This document shows, piece after piece, positions 1-15,401 of a DNA stretch of 64,000 nucleotides (positions are counted from its first letter, which is position 1; every line of letters starts with the position of its first letter). Under the pieces are notes generated by a model. The model was given only the letters and a program-made list of their open reading frames with translations. It was not told the DNA's origin and did not search any database. A program made the position numbers and the translations under genes. The stretch is from Chrysomallon squamiferum (Eukaryota; Animalia; Mollusca): NCBI GenBank assembly GCA_012295275.1, contig CM022666.1, positions 6,262,001 through 6,326,000 of the forward strand, written 5' to 3'.

Positions 1-3000
1 AATAAAAATATGATCTTTAGCCACTGGCTTGTTGTGATAAATATATATATATATATATATATTCATTGTTAACACATGCATATATAAAATTATATATATA
101 TTGAATATATATGTATTAGTATACCATTTAGTGCACATAAAACAAAATTTCTGTAATAAAAATGGTTATGTAGTTGTCATTAGTTATCAATATACAAAAC
201 ACAAAAACTGTAATTAAAAATAATGAAAATTAGGTCTTCTGTTAATAATTAATAATAATATTTAAAAACATTAAATTTAAAGAATTTAAAAATCACAAAT
301 ACTGCAATTAAAAGTAATGCAAGTTATGCCTTCTAAAGTACAGTAACAATAAAATAAATCAAAATAAATTAAATAATAATAATTAAATTTAAACAATATA
401 TTACTCAAAATAAGTAAAACTAAATTAGTAATAATTAAAATTTAAATTTAAATAATACATTACATAAATAAATAAAAAAAATGATCTGCAGATTAATATA
501 TTAACAAAAGAAAAAATGTAGTAAACAATAAACAAAAATAATTAAATTACAAACAGTGAAATAAAATGTAGTAATTATTTTCACGATGTGAAGTTAATGT
601 TAGACAAAATAAATTTAAATTTCTTAAAATCATGCACACTGAACAGAAAATCCAATACTGCAGTAGAAATTATTTTCTTTTAAAAAATATACAATAAATC
701 TTTTTTTTTTAAAATAGAGACTGGTTAACCAAAAAATAGACTGTGAAAAACCAAAACAAAATAATATCATAATTTAATATATAAACGTCATTAGTAATAA
801 TAAATGAAAACACCAAAAAAAAATCTTTTAATTAACTTAAGTATATTTTTGTGCTTATATTCTTAAAAATATTCACATTTCATATTTAACAGTTAGAATA
901 TTCCATAAAAGTTAAAGAACATAAATAACATTTTAATAACAAGAATTTATAAAAAATATTTGATAAAAGTATTACCACTTAGCACCATTCAATGTACAGT
1001 AAAAACAATAATTGTCATAATCTTCTTCTGACCCTTGACATATGCATGCATAATAAAACAATTTTATGGGGTTTTTTGTTTGTTTGTTTGTTTTTTAAAT
1101 ATATGTTTAATTTCAGTGGACCCTCTTAAAAAGAAAACAAATGTTATATTCCTGAGTCATTTCAAACATGAACTAAATCTGACAACAACTAACACAAATG
1201 GAAGACATTTTCTAGAAAATTCCTAAATGTCATCCATTTATGAAATCATTCTGTAATTTACGTTACTATAATTATCAAAAATATCCTTTAAAAAAAAGAA
1301 GAAGAAGGAACAGCAAAAGAAATAAAACACATCAGCGACTGATTTTAGTTATTTTTAAAAAACAAATTGCACTTATTGAGATTAAAACAGTTAGCCAAAA
1401 TAAGCCATTACTAAGGTAAGTACATTTTCAAGGCTCTCTAAATTAACATGCATATGATTCATGGGTAAAAATATGGGCCATACAAAACAATATTCATATG
1501 TTTGAATTCTTCTCAGTGGTACTTTTTACTTCTTTTTTATTATTCATTTTTGTGCTTTCACTGAAAAACAATATCTAAAAAAATATAAAAACATCTTGCA
1601 TTTTTTGTCACATTGTTTCAGTTAATTACTAAAAAAATATTTTATCATTAAACATACAAAATATCACCAAATTCATATCAAACCAAGAAAAAAAAGAAAG
1701 AAAGAACTAAATGTATTTTTTCACTAAAGCCAACACTAACAATCACTTTTTATCAGTACTTTATACCTGAACTCTTTTGCTTACAAGTTCATAAAATTTA
1801 GACTCAATGTAAAACAACTTCAAACAAATGCCTAATAATATTAAAATATTAATTCTTAAGGCCTCAACACAAATGAGATAACCAACATTTTCACTCTTAA
1901 CAAGATAGTGTACAGCGTTTTAGTAAATTTACCTCATGTTTAGAAGAGTTCTTAAGGAGTGTTAAGTGTTACATTCTTACAAAGGCAATGTGTGGCATAC
2001 AAACAAAGAAGAGTCCAAAATCTTTAAAAAGGGGTAAGTGCCATGAAATGACCTTTAATTGATTCACTGCTAAGAATATTTACGGAAACCACTATCATGT
2101 TTATCAGCCGTAAACAAATTATCAAAACAAATATTGCTCATAAAAAAAAAAAAATTAAATTTAAAAGAGCCACATTTATCCAATATTATAATAAATATTT
2201 TGATATTTCCCCTTCAGTTTTTCCTCTTCTTTTACAGCTATGTTGTATGAGGTTCATTCAAGAGGCCTTTGAAATAATGTCTAATATTTTTCTGTTTGCA
2301 GTAAAACATAAATTAAAATACTGTTATAAAATTTAGTACTCAGTTTATCATGTAAAGAAAAACAGTGCATTGCAATTTATGCTGCTAAATGGGACAAAGT
2401 GAAACATTAAAAATTACAGTTATGTAACTGCAGTGTATATTAAAAATTTGTAACTAACAAATATTAAATATTTTTAAAGATATTGGCAAAGTTTAAAAAA
2501 AAAATCATATTTGATGTTTTTAACAAATACTTTGATTAAAATTATACTGGGTAACAGTAACTGATTATTAACAATCAATGCATCAGAATACTTTAAAAAA
2601 ACAACAAAACCACAACAATTTAACAAATACTTCTTTTTTTAAAGAATATTCTTGAAAAACTTTTTTCCTCATTAGACTGTCTGTATAATTTATAACAATA
2701 TTTTCCTCTATTTTGAGCACATTATAATTCTTCTGTGGTAGTTTGATTATATTTCTCACTCAGGTTAACTGGTATATTAGTTCTCTATGTTTATAAGTAT
2801 TTATTTATCTCTCATTATATCATTACATACTGTTTAGTAAAGTGGTTTTGTTTCACACATATTGTTATTATTGACATATTTTTAACAATTTGTCTCACTT
2901 ATATTATAGTACAGTGTCTGGTTTATATATATAAAAAAAAAATTGTTAACATGTGTATGTTTTTTTTTTTATTATTGTTTTTTTTTTATGTTATAATTCT

Positions 3001-3229
3001 TGATATCAAGTGTTTTTATTTAATCTTCTATACCATGTTGGTGCTGAGTGCAGATTATGCTAGTATTTTCTTTGTTTGTTTTATAATAATCAACAGTAAA
3101 CAGTATTTATTTCTCTCTTATTGGTATTAAGTTTATGTATTTTTTTTTGTTAGTGTTGAAAGTGTTTTTAAAATCTACTTCTTCGTAATAGTTTTACGTC
3201 TTGTTCTGAAAAAGTATTCTGCCATGTTT

Positions 3230-3712
3230 GCTTTGTAATACAATTCTACATACAGATTTTTTTTTTTTTTTAATTTTCAGCCTCAAATTCATGTTGTGTA
3301 CAGTCAATAAAAGTATTTTGTTATGTTTGGATTGTAATACAATTATTCATATAGAATTTATTAAACTTTCACCCTCAAATTGATATCATGTACAGTCAAC
3401 AGAAGAATTTTGCTTTGTTTTCTTTGTACTATAATTCTTGATATTGAGTTTTTTAACCTTCATATAAATATGTGTATAGTCAGTGAAAGGATTTTGTTTT
3501 GTTTTGTTTGTAGCATAATTCTTGATATAAAGTTTTTTAACCATCATATAAAAATATGTGCACAGTCCATGAAAATATTTTTTGTTTTGTTTGTAGTATA
3601 AAGTTTTTTAACCATCATATAAAAATATGTGCACAGTCCATAAAAATATATTTTTTTTGTTTTGTTTGTAGTATAATTCTTGATACGGAGTTTTTTTAAC
3701 CATCACATACGA
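3230..3712. repeat. Degenerate ~70-90 bp tandem minisatellite just downstream of the shark stop codon
   Basis: Recurring unit of the form 'cagtc..aaa.tattttgttttgtttgtagtataattcttgata...agttttttaaccatcatataaaaatatgtgca'. Two near-identical copies start at ~3531 and ~3602, with more diverged copies toward 3230. Confidence 0.75.
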
Positions 3713-3749
3713 ACTGTGTGTGAAAATGTTTTGTCCTGTTTTGGCGGTA

Positions 3750-4040
3750 TTAGTGTTTCACACAGATGAGTGACTGGATGGATGAGTAAACTGGATCTTC
3801 AGTGAAGTGTTTATTAAGATCTTGGAATGAAGGTCGATTTTCTGGCTTCATTGACCAGCATTCCAACATCTTCTCGTACACCTGGTCCGGACATTTGTCT
3901 GGCTTCGCGAGTCGTTTTCCTCGCTCTATAAACTGTATCACCTGAACAGAAACACAAAACAGTGATGTCAGTGCAAAACGTTAAGACCTCTCTTTCCATC
4001 TCTCTGCCACACACATACCCAAACACTAACTCAGCCACCT

Positions 4041-4075
<35 letters not shown>

Positions 4076-4535
4076 TTCCCCCTCCCCTCTCTCTTTCTCT
4101 TTCCCCCTCTCTCTCTCTCCCTCCTCCTCTCTCTCTCTCTCGCTCTCTCTCTCACTCTCCAGTACATGTGCTGTGTGAAGCATATTAATTATAAAAATAC
4201 GAGTTAATCTTTTTATCCTTGCCAAAATACCACTAGATTTTCTTACTTCTATCCCTTTCATATCACCGTAAGGAGGCATTCCGAGTGAAAACATTTCCCA
4301 CAGAGTGATTCCATAGCTCCACACATCACTGGCGTGTGAAAACTGTCCATAATTAACACTTTCAGGTGCATACCTGCAAGCAAATGATTTCCCACTCAAC
4401 ATCTGACCCAACAGACTTCTATGTAATGAATTACATCTGCTGTCTATGATTATGAGTAACAAAAAAAATAATGTATTTCTCATTTTAGTTTATGTGATGT
4501 ATTATTTATGAAAATATTTTGTCTTATCAGAAATG

Positions 4536-4568
<33 letters not shown>

Positions 4569-5541
4569 ATAAAATTGAATTATCAATACATTCAAAATGA
4601 TTTTCCAAAATTGTTCTATCTGAATTCCAAATAGGGCAATGTCTGTTTATGACATATGCCACCTTTTTAACAGATATTTATCAGATTTTTATAAAATACC
4701 TGCTTCTTATTAAAACCAAAATGATCAACAATGAACATTTCTGTATCGGCTTATTAATATTTAATAAACAGACTGGAATATTTTTTGAATTATTTTAAAC
4801 ATTTCTGATGGATCAGGTCTACTGGAATGGCTTCCTCTTTCAGGATATCTTGTCACTAAGGGATGTAATACGAATATAAAAAATAATAATAATAAATTAA
4901 TATTTCGATTAAAGTTTAATAGTAACTTATACACTCTAAGAATAACAGTTATTTAGAAATACATATTATGATGAGATGAATTTCTTCTGTCATCACAATT
5001 TATATTTCTGAATAACTGTCATTCTTGGTGTGTACACATTTATGATTATGAATTATATCAAACGACTTCATTTTTATTTATTTCTTAGATACCTTTATTT
5101 TTACAGTGAATTCAGCATACACTACTGTACAATCTACTCTGTGCTGTTCTGGATTTAGTATTATTTTTATTAAAACACTTTGAGACAAGTGCAGATCGAA
5201 AATAATGGACAACATCCAGTCACTGATTTTTTAATGCAGATTCGAGCATTTGATTTATAATTATATTAATCACGTAGAAAACATAATTAATTTTATCTCT
5301 CACCATTTAATTGGCCATCGACCTCCGTGAGTTGCTTTGTAATAATCACTTCCGACACCAACCGCTCGGGATAAGCCAAAGTCACTAATTTTCACCTGAA
5401 GGAAAATTTCAAAAATAAATCAAATGCCGTATTGTAAGCCCAAAAAATCATGACAATGAGGATATATCATAGTATTGTAGTAACAATGAAATTAAATTGA
5501 AGCTGGTAATATCATCTGTTGTTTCAAAGAAAAATAAAAAG

Positions 5542-5579
<38 letters not shown>

Positions 5580-6503
5580 GCTCACATATACACACACACA
5601 CACACATGCACACACTGACTACCTGTTTTCTGGACTTAAGCAGTATGTTCCTAGCCGCAAGATCTCGATGGACAAGTCGTTTCTGTTCGAGGTACACCAT
5701 GCCACTGGCTATCTGTGCTGCCCACAGGTTGAGGTCATTTTGATGTATGTCGTCTGGGTAGTCCAGTAAATAGTCCAGCATGGATCCGAGCGCAATGTAT
5801 TCCTCCACCTGTTTCACAGGAATAAAAACACTTCAAACAATATATATATATATATATTATAATCTTTTATCAACATTTTAAAAATATCATCATACACATA
5901 GGTTAATAATACAGGTGGTTCCAGACCATTATTTTATCCAGCTAACTTGGAACAGGATGTGAGATGGATTTCTGGATTTTTCTGCTATCTAGACTAAAGT
6001 TTAATACATATCTATATGAATTACACTGAATTAGATGAATAACTTCTGGGCTATAATTTAATGGTTTAATGTTTTGTTGTGTGATTCGCTGTCAATGGGA
6101 GTGTTCATAAAAATATTTTCTTGCTGCTGATTGTAAGAGCAGAGGTCAATATCGCAGCAGCAGGGTGTCCATTTCAGTCTATTTTTACACAGTCACCACA
6201 TAACAAATAACAAATAACCATTAACATAATAATATGCTGCATATTCATTCACTGCTCGTTCGTTCATTCATTCATTTCACAGATCTTTCCTTCACTTAGT
6301 CACTGATCAGAAATAATCAATTGTTACCAGCATGAGCGGTGGACCGCGACAAACTCCAATCAGTTGTGTTATGCATGGATGATCAAGACCCTGCATGGCT
6401 TCGGCTTCTTTCAGGAAATCTTGTGGATTTTCGACCGATCCTTCCCGGAAAGTCTTCAGTGCAACCTCTATCTGTAAACATAAACAGTTTAAACCATTAA
6501 TTC

Positions 6504-6550
<47 letters not shown>

Positions 6551-7791
6551 TGTGTGTGTGTGTGTGTGGGGGCATTTATTTATATGTATTACTGCAAGTT
6601 TATAAATGTCTTGTTTTTAATAAATTTACGCAAACAAAGTATACCTTTTCTGTGCCCCTCCAGTTTCGCGCCACAATGTAAGTTCCTTTCAGGACAGATC
6701 CATATTCACCTTGACCAAGTTCATGACCTTGAAAATTAATAACAGAATAACATAATACTGAAATTAAAATTTTATAATAATATCAACATTTTTCATTTCT
6801 TTAAAATTATACTAAGCTGAATTACTTTGACCAATCTTAAAAAAATACTGAATGAAATAAACAAGTGTTTGATATTTAAATTTTTTAAACTTTTAATAAA
6901 TTTGATTTAAAACAGTTGAAACTGTAAATTCTCTCTCTCTCTCTCTCTATTTATTCATTTATGAAAGAAAAAAAAAATCACCTTTTTTAATGTCTTTTTC
7001 TTTCAATATTCGAAGATTTCCTGTGATATCTGTTGAATCAGTTTTGGATTGTTGCTTATTTGGAGGAGGCTGTAATATTAAATTATTTCTTAACTTCTCC
7101 TCAGATTGCAATAACTTTTGCACATGCTAACAATTATCCTAGACATAAAGCTACATATTTATTAAACAAAGACCTACTTAGATAATCTCATTTATTAGAT
7201 TACTAAAGGTGACCAATATAAAATGAAATCATCAGACAATTTAAAAAAAAATTCTTAATATATATTACCATTAGCTAAATAATATATCTGTCACTAATAA
7301 ATAATCAACTTGGATGCACTAAAAAAACCACTAGTGAAAACTTAGAAGCTCATTAAATGATAAATTTATTTACTTTGACAATGGGCAAAGCTTATAATAC
7401 ACTAACAATATCAATTAAGTGAAACAAAAATTAAATAAAGCAGGATTACATTTAAATCAACATATGAACAGAAAAGGAAATGTAAATAGCTTATATGGAC
7501 TGAATGTTAATGCTTTAGTATGTGTTTTTTATTTTACTTGGTAAATAAATTCAGATTTATCTTAAATGTGTAACCTACCCACTATAACACTACTACTACT
7601 ACTAATAATAATAATAAACAAAAATACTAATAACAACAATGATAATGATAATAATAACAGCAATAATAGTAACATAATTTGATATAATAATAATATAGTT
7701 TGTAATAATAACAATGATAATAATTTGTAATAATAATAAAGATAATTCAAAGAAATACTAATGATGATGATGATGATGATATAATAATAAT

Positions 7792-7837
<46 letters not shown>

Positions 7838-8741
7838 TTAATGTTTCCCCTTTTTTTAAATCCTTGATACATCCCATTTAAGAAAAACAACAGCAAAAAG
7901 AATCTTTTGTACTTGTCAGTGTAAAATGTTTGGACGGCTGAATCGGAAGTTTATATGCACGTTTACAAGTATCAGTATAATGATGTGGGTGTTACCTGTG
8001 ATGGGGGTGGTGGGGCTGGTGATATCTTCCCTGTGGGTGGTGGGAGTGGCTGGGTGTGGGCATCTGGACGCTGGCCCATCTTTTTCTTTGGTTTCATATA
8101 CTCATCATCTTGTGGTCGTGGTGGAAGGCTGGGTTTGTGGGTCTCTGCAAAAATCACAGAAGAAATAAATACACACATATGTATATTTATAGATATGCTG
8201 GCCTTAATTAATGATTGAAAAAATTTCCACAACTTGTTTTAGATCAAGTAATGACAATGTATTTACATCATAACTTGGTTCTTCATAACAAAGACCGTAC
8301 ATTTATTTACACACAATATAAAATCATTTCCAGTACGAACAACCCAAAGTAAAACAAAGTTGGTAAAATAACAATTATATTTATCACTTTTACTTGACAA
8401 GAACATTCAAACATTTTCACCTTTACATATCTTATTTGCAGTACCTATCTAACCTAACTGCAGATAGTTTGTTTTTTCTTTCATAATGTTTTACATCTGT
8501 TTTACCTATATTTTTATGTTAATTTTTATTTTCTCACCTGATTTTGATAAGTTCATTTTCTTCAAAATGTCAGCAGTGTTATAGTAATCATTCTGTTTGG
8601 GCACATCAATAATATCACCATCTGTTTATAAACACAAACATGTAGAGAGAAAACTGGTTTAAAATATTTTAATAATTAATAAATACGTACTGACTTCTAA
8701 CCTGCTCCTTCTATATTTTGGGTATGTATGTGTGTGTTTGT

Positions 8742-8782
<41 letters not shown>

Positions 8783-9176
8783 TGTGTGAGCATATTTGTG
8801 TTTGTATATGTGTATGTACATCTGTGTTTGTCTGAGTATGCTTATGTACTGAAATGGAAAAATGATTTTCGTACACTGTAACTTCATAGACTTACATACT
8901 AACTTAAACTTTTCAAACCTTTTTTTTTTTTTTTTAAATAAACAGTGCAATTAATATTACATTCTGAAAAATTAAACAGATACTCATTTAAAAAATTTAA
9001 ATCATTTTACGCTATACCATCTTTACAACTTACTTATTCAAAAGTAAAAGCTATTTATTACTTTTAATTTATATCTGAAATCATTTATAACTCAATCCTC
9101 ATGAATATTAAGTAGGTGGTTTTCTTACCGAATATTAATAAACAATCATCTCTAAAGTTTCCTGAAAACTACTTTA

Positions 9177-9213
<37 letters not shown>

Positions 9214-10011
9214 CATTTTCATTATATTTTTTCTTTTTATCAAACTCTCTTCCCATAATTCCTTTCACTTCCTGTCACACTTACTTGGAGCTAGAGATCT
9301 GAGCAGAAGACACGGCAAACCATCCATCTGGTGACTGTAATAGTCAACAATGTGTTCCAGAGAGAGCAAGAAAGGGCCATTGTCAATGTAGTAAACAATC
9401 ATGCCCCGATATTCCTGAAAAAGTCAAAGAAATCCCTGAAGATATCATTTGCTTCTTTAAGTATCTGGGAACTGTGTTGTTTTGGGGCCAAAAACAACTG
9501 AAAGGAAAGGCGTCCAAATTAGAAATTAGGATGACTTACACTGGTTCTTATTTCATAGTTAAACATGGTCAGTCCATGACACAAGCTCAGAATGTGCCAA
9601 CCAGGATTTTTTCGACTTGGTCGAATAAGGAAAAGTCCATCCCGTAGTCCTTTCATTTCAAACAATTCCAGAGCACTCTAAAATCATACACAAAGAAAGA
9701 AGAAAGAAAAAAAAATATATATATATATATATATAATGATTGTAATAATAATTTTCATTTTGAAACTGCCTTTAATTTGAGTTGTTTCAAAGTAAGTAAA
9801 TTCACAAATCCACTTTTATCTGAACATCATTTAAAATGAAAACTTAAAACTTGAAGAAGTTTAAAAAGTCAAATTACATGCAGTTACATGGCAATATGCC
9901 TTTTATCAAATAAAGCTAACAATTTAATTATATTTATAAATAACAATAACCACCACCACCACAACAACAACAGCAATAACAATGACAATAATAATAACAA
10001 TAATAATAATC

Positions 10012-10059
<48 letters not shown>

Positions 10060-10534
10060 TAATCATATAATAATGAAAATAATAATAATAATAATAATAA
10101 CAACAATAACAACAACAACAATAATAACAATAACAACAACAATAACAATAATGATAATTAATAATAATTATAATAATAATAATTATAATAAGAAGAAGAA
10201 GAAGAATGAAAAGAAGAAGAAGATCAATGACCTGTCTGGTTACTTCAGGGTGAAACCATTCATTACGTTTGTGGGGAAGATCTGGTAGCTTGTAAGACTC
10301 TGTTGAAATATGAATATATAGTAAATTATAAGATAATTAATTTTGAAAACCCCCACTAAAATACAATAACAATAAAAGTAAAATATAATAAAGATAACAA
10401 AATATAAATAATATGTGTACAAATATATCTTTTATACAGCCTCTCCTTTTTAACTATGATTTTGTTAGACATGAAATTGTTTTATTTCTTTTTAGTGTAG
10501 ATGGAGAATAAGTTTAAATTAAAACAACAACAAA

Positions 10535-10573
<39 letters not shown>

Positions 10574-11366
10574 GTAAAGTAAGTAAGTAAGTAAATAAAT
10601 AAGTAAGTAAGTAAATAAATAAACAAATAAATAAATAACACAAGTAAACAATAACAACAAATAATAATAATAATAGTAGTAGTAGTAGTATTCATAATAA
10701 TGATAATAATAAAACAAGTTACCAAACAATTGAATACATTCTCTTCTTCCATATTTTTCAGCAAGGTCCCATGGTGTTTCATTTGTTTTACTTCGTGGAA
10801 ATGGAGTGGCATAGAATTTTAATAACATCTTTAAAATAAAGGAAAAAATTTTCATTTTATATTTGCCACAGAGGATATATTTTTTCTAAATGTGTTTGAG
10901 TCTATTAATTAACAGCGTTCATAGTTGTAAGTGTGTTTGTCTATTATTTTGTTTTCTTTAAAAACATATGTAATTTTAATTAGAAATTTAGCGATATGAA
11001 AAAGATATCTATCAGATTCAACAACTTTTTTAAAAAAAAAAAAAAAAAAAAAAGAAAGAAAGAAAACAAGAAGAAATTAGAAATAAATAATTAAAAAACG
11101 TAAAAAAACAAAAGTAAATAAATTAGTTAAAACAAAATTGAACAAAATTGTTCTCAAATTATCAAAAACAAAAAAGATTCAAACAAACAAAGTTAAAAAA
11201 GATTCAAAAATGAAGAAAGGAAAAAAAAATCTACATTATACACAAATGATCTTCTTATCAAACTAATAACATTTTTTTCAAAAGAAAACTCATTTCAAAA
11301 TAACTAACTCATGGACAAAAATATTTATTTAATGATTTTTTTAGGCCTTAAACTTGTCTTTAATCA

Positions 11367-11418
<52 letters not shown>

Positions 11419-14400
11419 CTATATAAAACAATTTTCAGGCTTTTGTTTCTTTTTTCAAAATTATCAGTGATAACCCTAATACTAAGGTTGCTAAACTGAC
11501 CTTTATGCACTGAATGTGACCTTTCATTGCGGCTTCGTGCATAGGAACCCAGTTGTTGTGAGGACATTTTTCCTGCGCCGTGCTGTGACCTCTACTCATC
11601 AAAATGGCAACGGATTCTGGCTGATTACTCACACATGCTCTCTGATTTAAAATAATAAAAATGATGACGAAAATGATGATGACGATGATGATGATGATGA
11701 TAATGTAAAAACAGAATACAAACAACGACAAACCCACAGAATAAAAAGAAAACCGAAGAAAACTTATTTTCTCTTTTGTGATTTATTTCACATCTTCAGG
11801 ATAAAACAAAAATAAATAATACCCTCATGCCACAACATTAATTCAGTTCAATCACAGATATAAAACGATCTCTGTGCACAAATTCTATGCCCGAAATCGA
11901 TTTCTATCCTTGAAATAAATTCTAGTTTTCAAATTAAAGTTTGTCTTCAAATCTTTGCATGAAAAAAAACCACAACCCCAACACTAAAAACCTGAATCTG
12001 TATAAATAAATAAATGAATAAATAAATAAATAAATAAATAAATAAAATAATATAAAAATCCAATAAAACTCACATGAAGAGCTGTATGCCCGTTTGCATC
12101 AAGAAGGCTGACATCTGCATCATGGTTCAGCAGCAAATTGATGACATCGTCAAAACCATAGAAAGCAGATATGTGCAGTGCCGTGGACCCTAGAAAAAAA
12201 AAAAAAAAAATAAAAAATAATAATAATAATAATAATATCAAAAAATACAAAAGATACAACTAGTTCCAAATCAATCAATGGAAGGATGTGAATCCAACAA
12301 AATGAAAAAAATGTAATAATAAAATTGATGTAACATGAACTTTTATATTATTATAAATATTTGTAAACATTAAATTTATATTTTATTTGTAAAATGTTGA
12401 AGTATACATTTAAAGACATTTCAGGTGCTATGTAATTTTATTATGTATTTATTTTGCTTGGACAATCACAAACAGTTTTATTTTCGTATTAGGGTGTTGT
12501 TAAACAAACACAGAAACTTCCTCAGTCATCTGTGTTGATAAAATAATATGACAAAAAATAATGAATTCTCGAGGATGCATGAACAAAAATTAAAAATGAT
12601 TTTCTAAACGTGTGAAAACATACTTCATTATTAGCAAAGTTTGGTTGTTTGAAGAAGATAAAGCAATACACTGAAGATATACAAAATCCATGTAGGTAAT
12701 TTGAACAAACCATCAAGTAAGACTTTAGAATGCAAAACTTGTTAAAAATAACAATATTAATTAAGACAGGATTTTTACAATTTAATAAATTTGCACTACT
12801 GAACAGTACTTACCTTTTGAATCTTTTGCATTGATATCTGGACACTTAGGATGAGCTAATATCTGTTGTACTAATGTCTTGTCTCCTGAATAGATAAATA
12901 ACATTTCTTTGAAGGAACAAACAAAACTGTATATACTTAATTTTTTTTTTTTTTTAAAACCATACATATTGTCATTAAGCAGTCATACATGCTTGGTTAA
13001 GAACCAAAAGAAAATCCACTGCATTCTGCAACAGACTAATTTTTATTTTTAATCAGTACACTTCAGAAAACAAGAAAGCAATTACTTTGGGAACTGCCTA
13101 AAACAGTAAAAAAATCTCTACAGATGCACTATAGTCTTTAGAAAGGAATAAAATACGAAATAAAATTTGTTAACTGTTACTGGATGAAAACCAACATGTC
13201 AAATTTTTTTTCGATAGCACAATTTGATAAAATTCTCACACTGTAATCCGGCAGGAACTATGCTTCAAGCAGATATTTTATATGCTGGGTGTGTATGTGA
13301 GGGCACATATGCAAATGCATTCAACAATAATTACGTGTATCTGAATGTGTGTCTGAGTGTCTTGTGTGTGTATGTGATATGTAATGAAACCTTCAAGGAC
13401 AGCTCGATGCAGCAGATTCGTCACTCCAAGTTTTCTACTGCTGTGCGGAGGTGCGGAACCTTTGCAGAAGCTGGAAAGTTGAGCTGGCAGGCCGTAAGGT
13501 CCATTGATGTAGTGCAGTATCAACTTCTCAAGTCCTACAGTGAAAAAACAAATGGATAATGACAAAAAGAATAATAAAATTAACTCAAACAAAAAATTAA
13601 ATTAAAAAAAAAATAAAAAAATAAAAAAGTTTTCAGAAATGGATTATTTTGGATCCAAAATATTAAAAAAAAAATAATAATAATAAGTGTCAAATATCAA
13701 TATTCTATTTGAAATTTAAACTATGAATAAATTTGTAATAAAGATCAACTGTTTGTTTTATTTATGTGTGTATGTATGTATTTTATTTTTATTTTTAAAT
13801 GACATTTTGATTTTCATATTTAAAATAATAAAATGGTTCTTATAAAATTACTCAATGATTTATTCATAAATGTGTATATATGTTTTTTCTCAGTGTGTAT
13901 GTATGTGCACGTGAATGTCAATATATGTATGTATGTATGTATATGTAAGCATCTATCTGTGTATGTGTGTTTGTGTATGTATGTCAGTCAATCTGTCTGC
14001 CTGTTTATGCATGTTGCCTAGTAACAAGTGTGACAAGTTATTAGCTCAGTCATGCTACCCTGAATAACGGGTCCCTCGTCGATGTGGTAGACACCATCAT
14101 ATTTCTGCTGTATCTGATAATGGTAGATTTTGTTGTTGGACACAAGAGACAAAGAGAACTCATTCTCAGACACTGTACTGTCACGGACAAGAAAAAGTCC
14201 ATTTATGCTGCCCTGCTTTTCCAGTCCTGAATACCATAATAAATTAAAAATTAATTTTATTATTTAAATGTATATTTATTAATATAATACAAATATATAT
14301 ATATGCCCAGATGGATTTGAAAATTAAAAGAATAAAAAGTCTGTCAGAAAAAATGACAACAAACATGTTTATATATATATATATATATATATGAAATTCA

Positions 14401-15401
14401 AAACTTTCGTGTCATTTTTTCAAAAATAGTTTGCTAACAAAATGAAAAATGGAACAAATCCCTAATACGTGACTTCTGAATATTAATATTTTTTTGTTTT
14501 TTTAATTTGTTTATTTATTTATTCACTTTTTTCTCAGGTTTTTTTTTTTTTTTTTTGGGGGGGGGGGCGGGTAATTAAAATTAATCATGCTTTTGTAAAA
14601 ACAAAAATGAAAAATTTATTAAATTTAAACTAATTATTATTAAAAAAAAGTATTATAACAATATTTAAAGAATACTGTAAATATATATCAGTAAGTAAGA
14701 TAAACTGATTTAATCTTTAAAAAAAATGTTATCAGATTATGTTACAACATGAAATCAGATCAAGTTACAAGGAAGTTGTCCCATTAATGACACTTCACTG
14801 TGTCTTTATCTAACAGTTTCAGTTTTATAGGAAAATTTATACTATTGTTTACTTATAAAAAAAACGTCACAATTATGGTAAAATGCAGAAGAAAAGAATT
14901 CATGAAATAATTATAAATATTTTAGAAAGATGGTTTCATCAAAGAATATCTGAACAATGTTTATGTAATAATAATGATGACGATGATGATGATAATGATG
15001 TCAAAATATATATTAAATGAAATTAGATATATTCTTTAGTTTTGGTAGATTGAAAATTAGTGGTAAAGTTATGAAGTGTGATGGTAAATTAACCATTTTA
15101 GAACTGGCCTAAGATCAAGACAAATCTACCTCAATATAAATAAATAAATAAATAAATAAAATTCCTAAATGCAGGTTATTTTTTCACCTTCTCCTAGAAT
15201 TGATTCTGCTGATTCTCTTGATATTTTTCCATGATACCAAGATATGGTTTCTTCGGCTTTTGCTACATCCGAACTATCCTGTCTCAAAAGTTCGTCAAGA
15301 CTACGTGTTTTCAGTAACTCGTTAACATTTGCAAGCTTTAAAATTTCGCTATTTGCATAAATGGTTTCATCTTCGTAAACCTCTATATCTTCTCCATTCA
15401 T
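3750..15401 (-). CDS. shark: Shark/HTK16-family non-receptor tyrosine kinase (SH2 - 5 ankyrin repeats - SH2 - Pro-rich linker - kinase), 19 coding exons, 813 aa
   Basis: All introns GT-AG and phase-consistent. Exons: 15401-15188, 14226-14059, 13534-13391, 12885-12814, 12189-12074, 11641-11501, 10828-10723, 10299-10232, 9677-9540, 9414-9285, 8621-8538, 8144-7996, 7069-6982, 6727-6645, 6471-6328, 5808-5623, 5395-5304, 4373-4247, 3941-3750 (2442 nt). SH2-1: [16 protein letters not shown]. Ankyrins: [41 protein letters not shown]2-2: [16 protein letters not shown]. Kinase: [43 protein letters not shown]. The SH2-ANK-SH2-TK order is diagnostic of Drosophila Shark and Hydra HTK16. Confidence 0.95.
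9940..10225. repeat. Compound trinucleotide microsatellite (CAC/CAA/AAT/AAG), representative of many (CA)n, (CT)n, (AAT)n, (AAAT)n and poly-A/T tracts in the window
   Basis: Directly visible. Other examples: (CT)n 4040-4155 and 60378-60490; (CA)n 5543, 6507, 11367, 44444; (TTA)n 24920, 35365, 38440, 61700. Confidence 0.95.

Noticed and set aside
1-3200. Short ORFs at 1035 and 2097
   Set aside because: AT-rich sequence with no recognisable domain or exon structure; probably shark 3' UTR or intergenic DNA.
3814-11567. Low-complexity ORFs (poly-ER, HT, CV, L, Y, N, FIYL)
   Set aside because: They are translations of intronic microsatellites.
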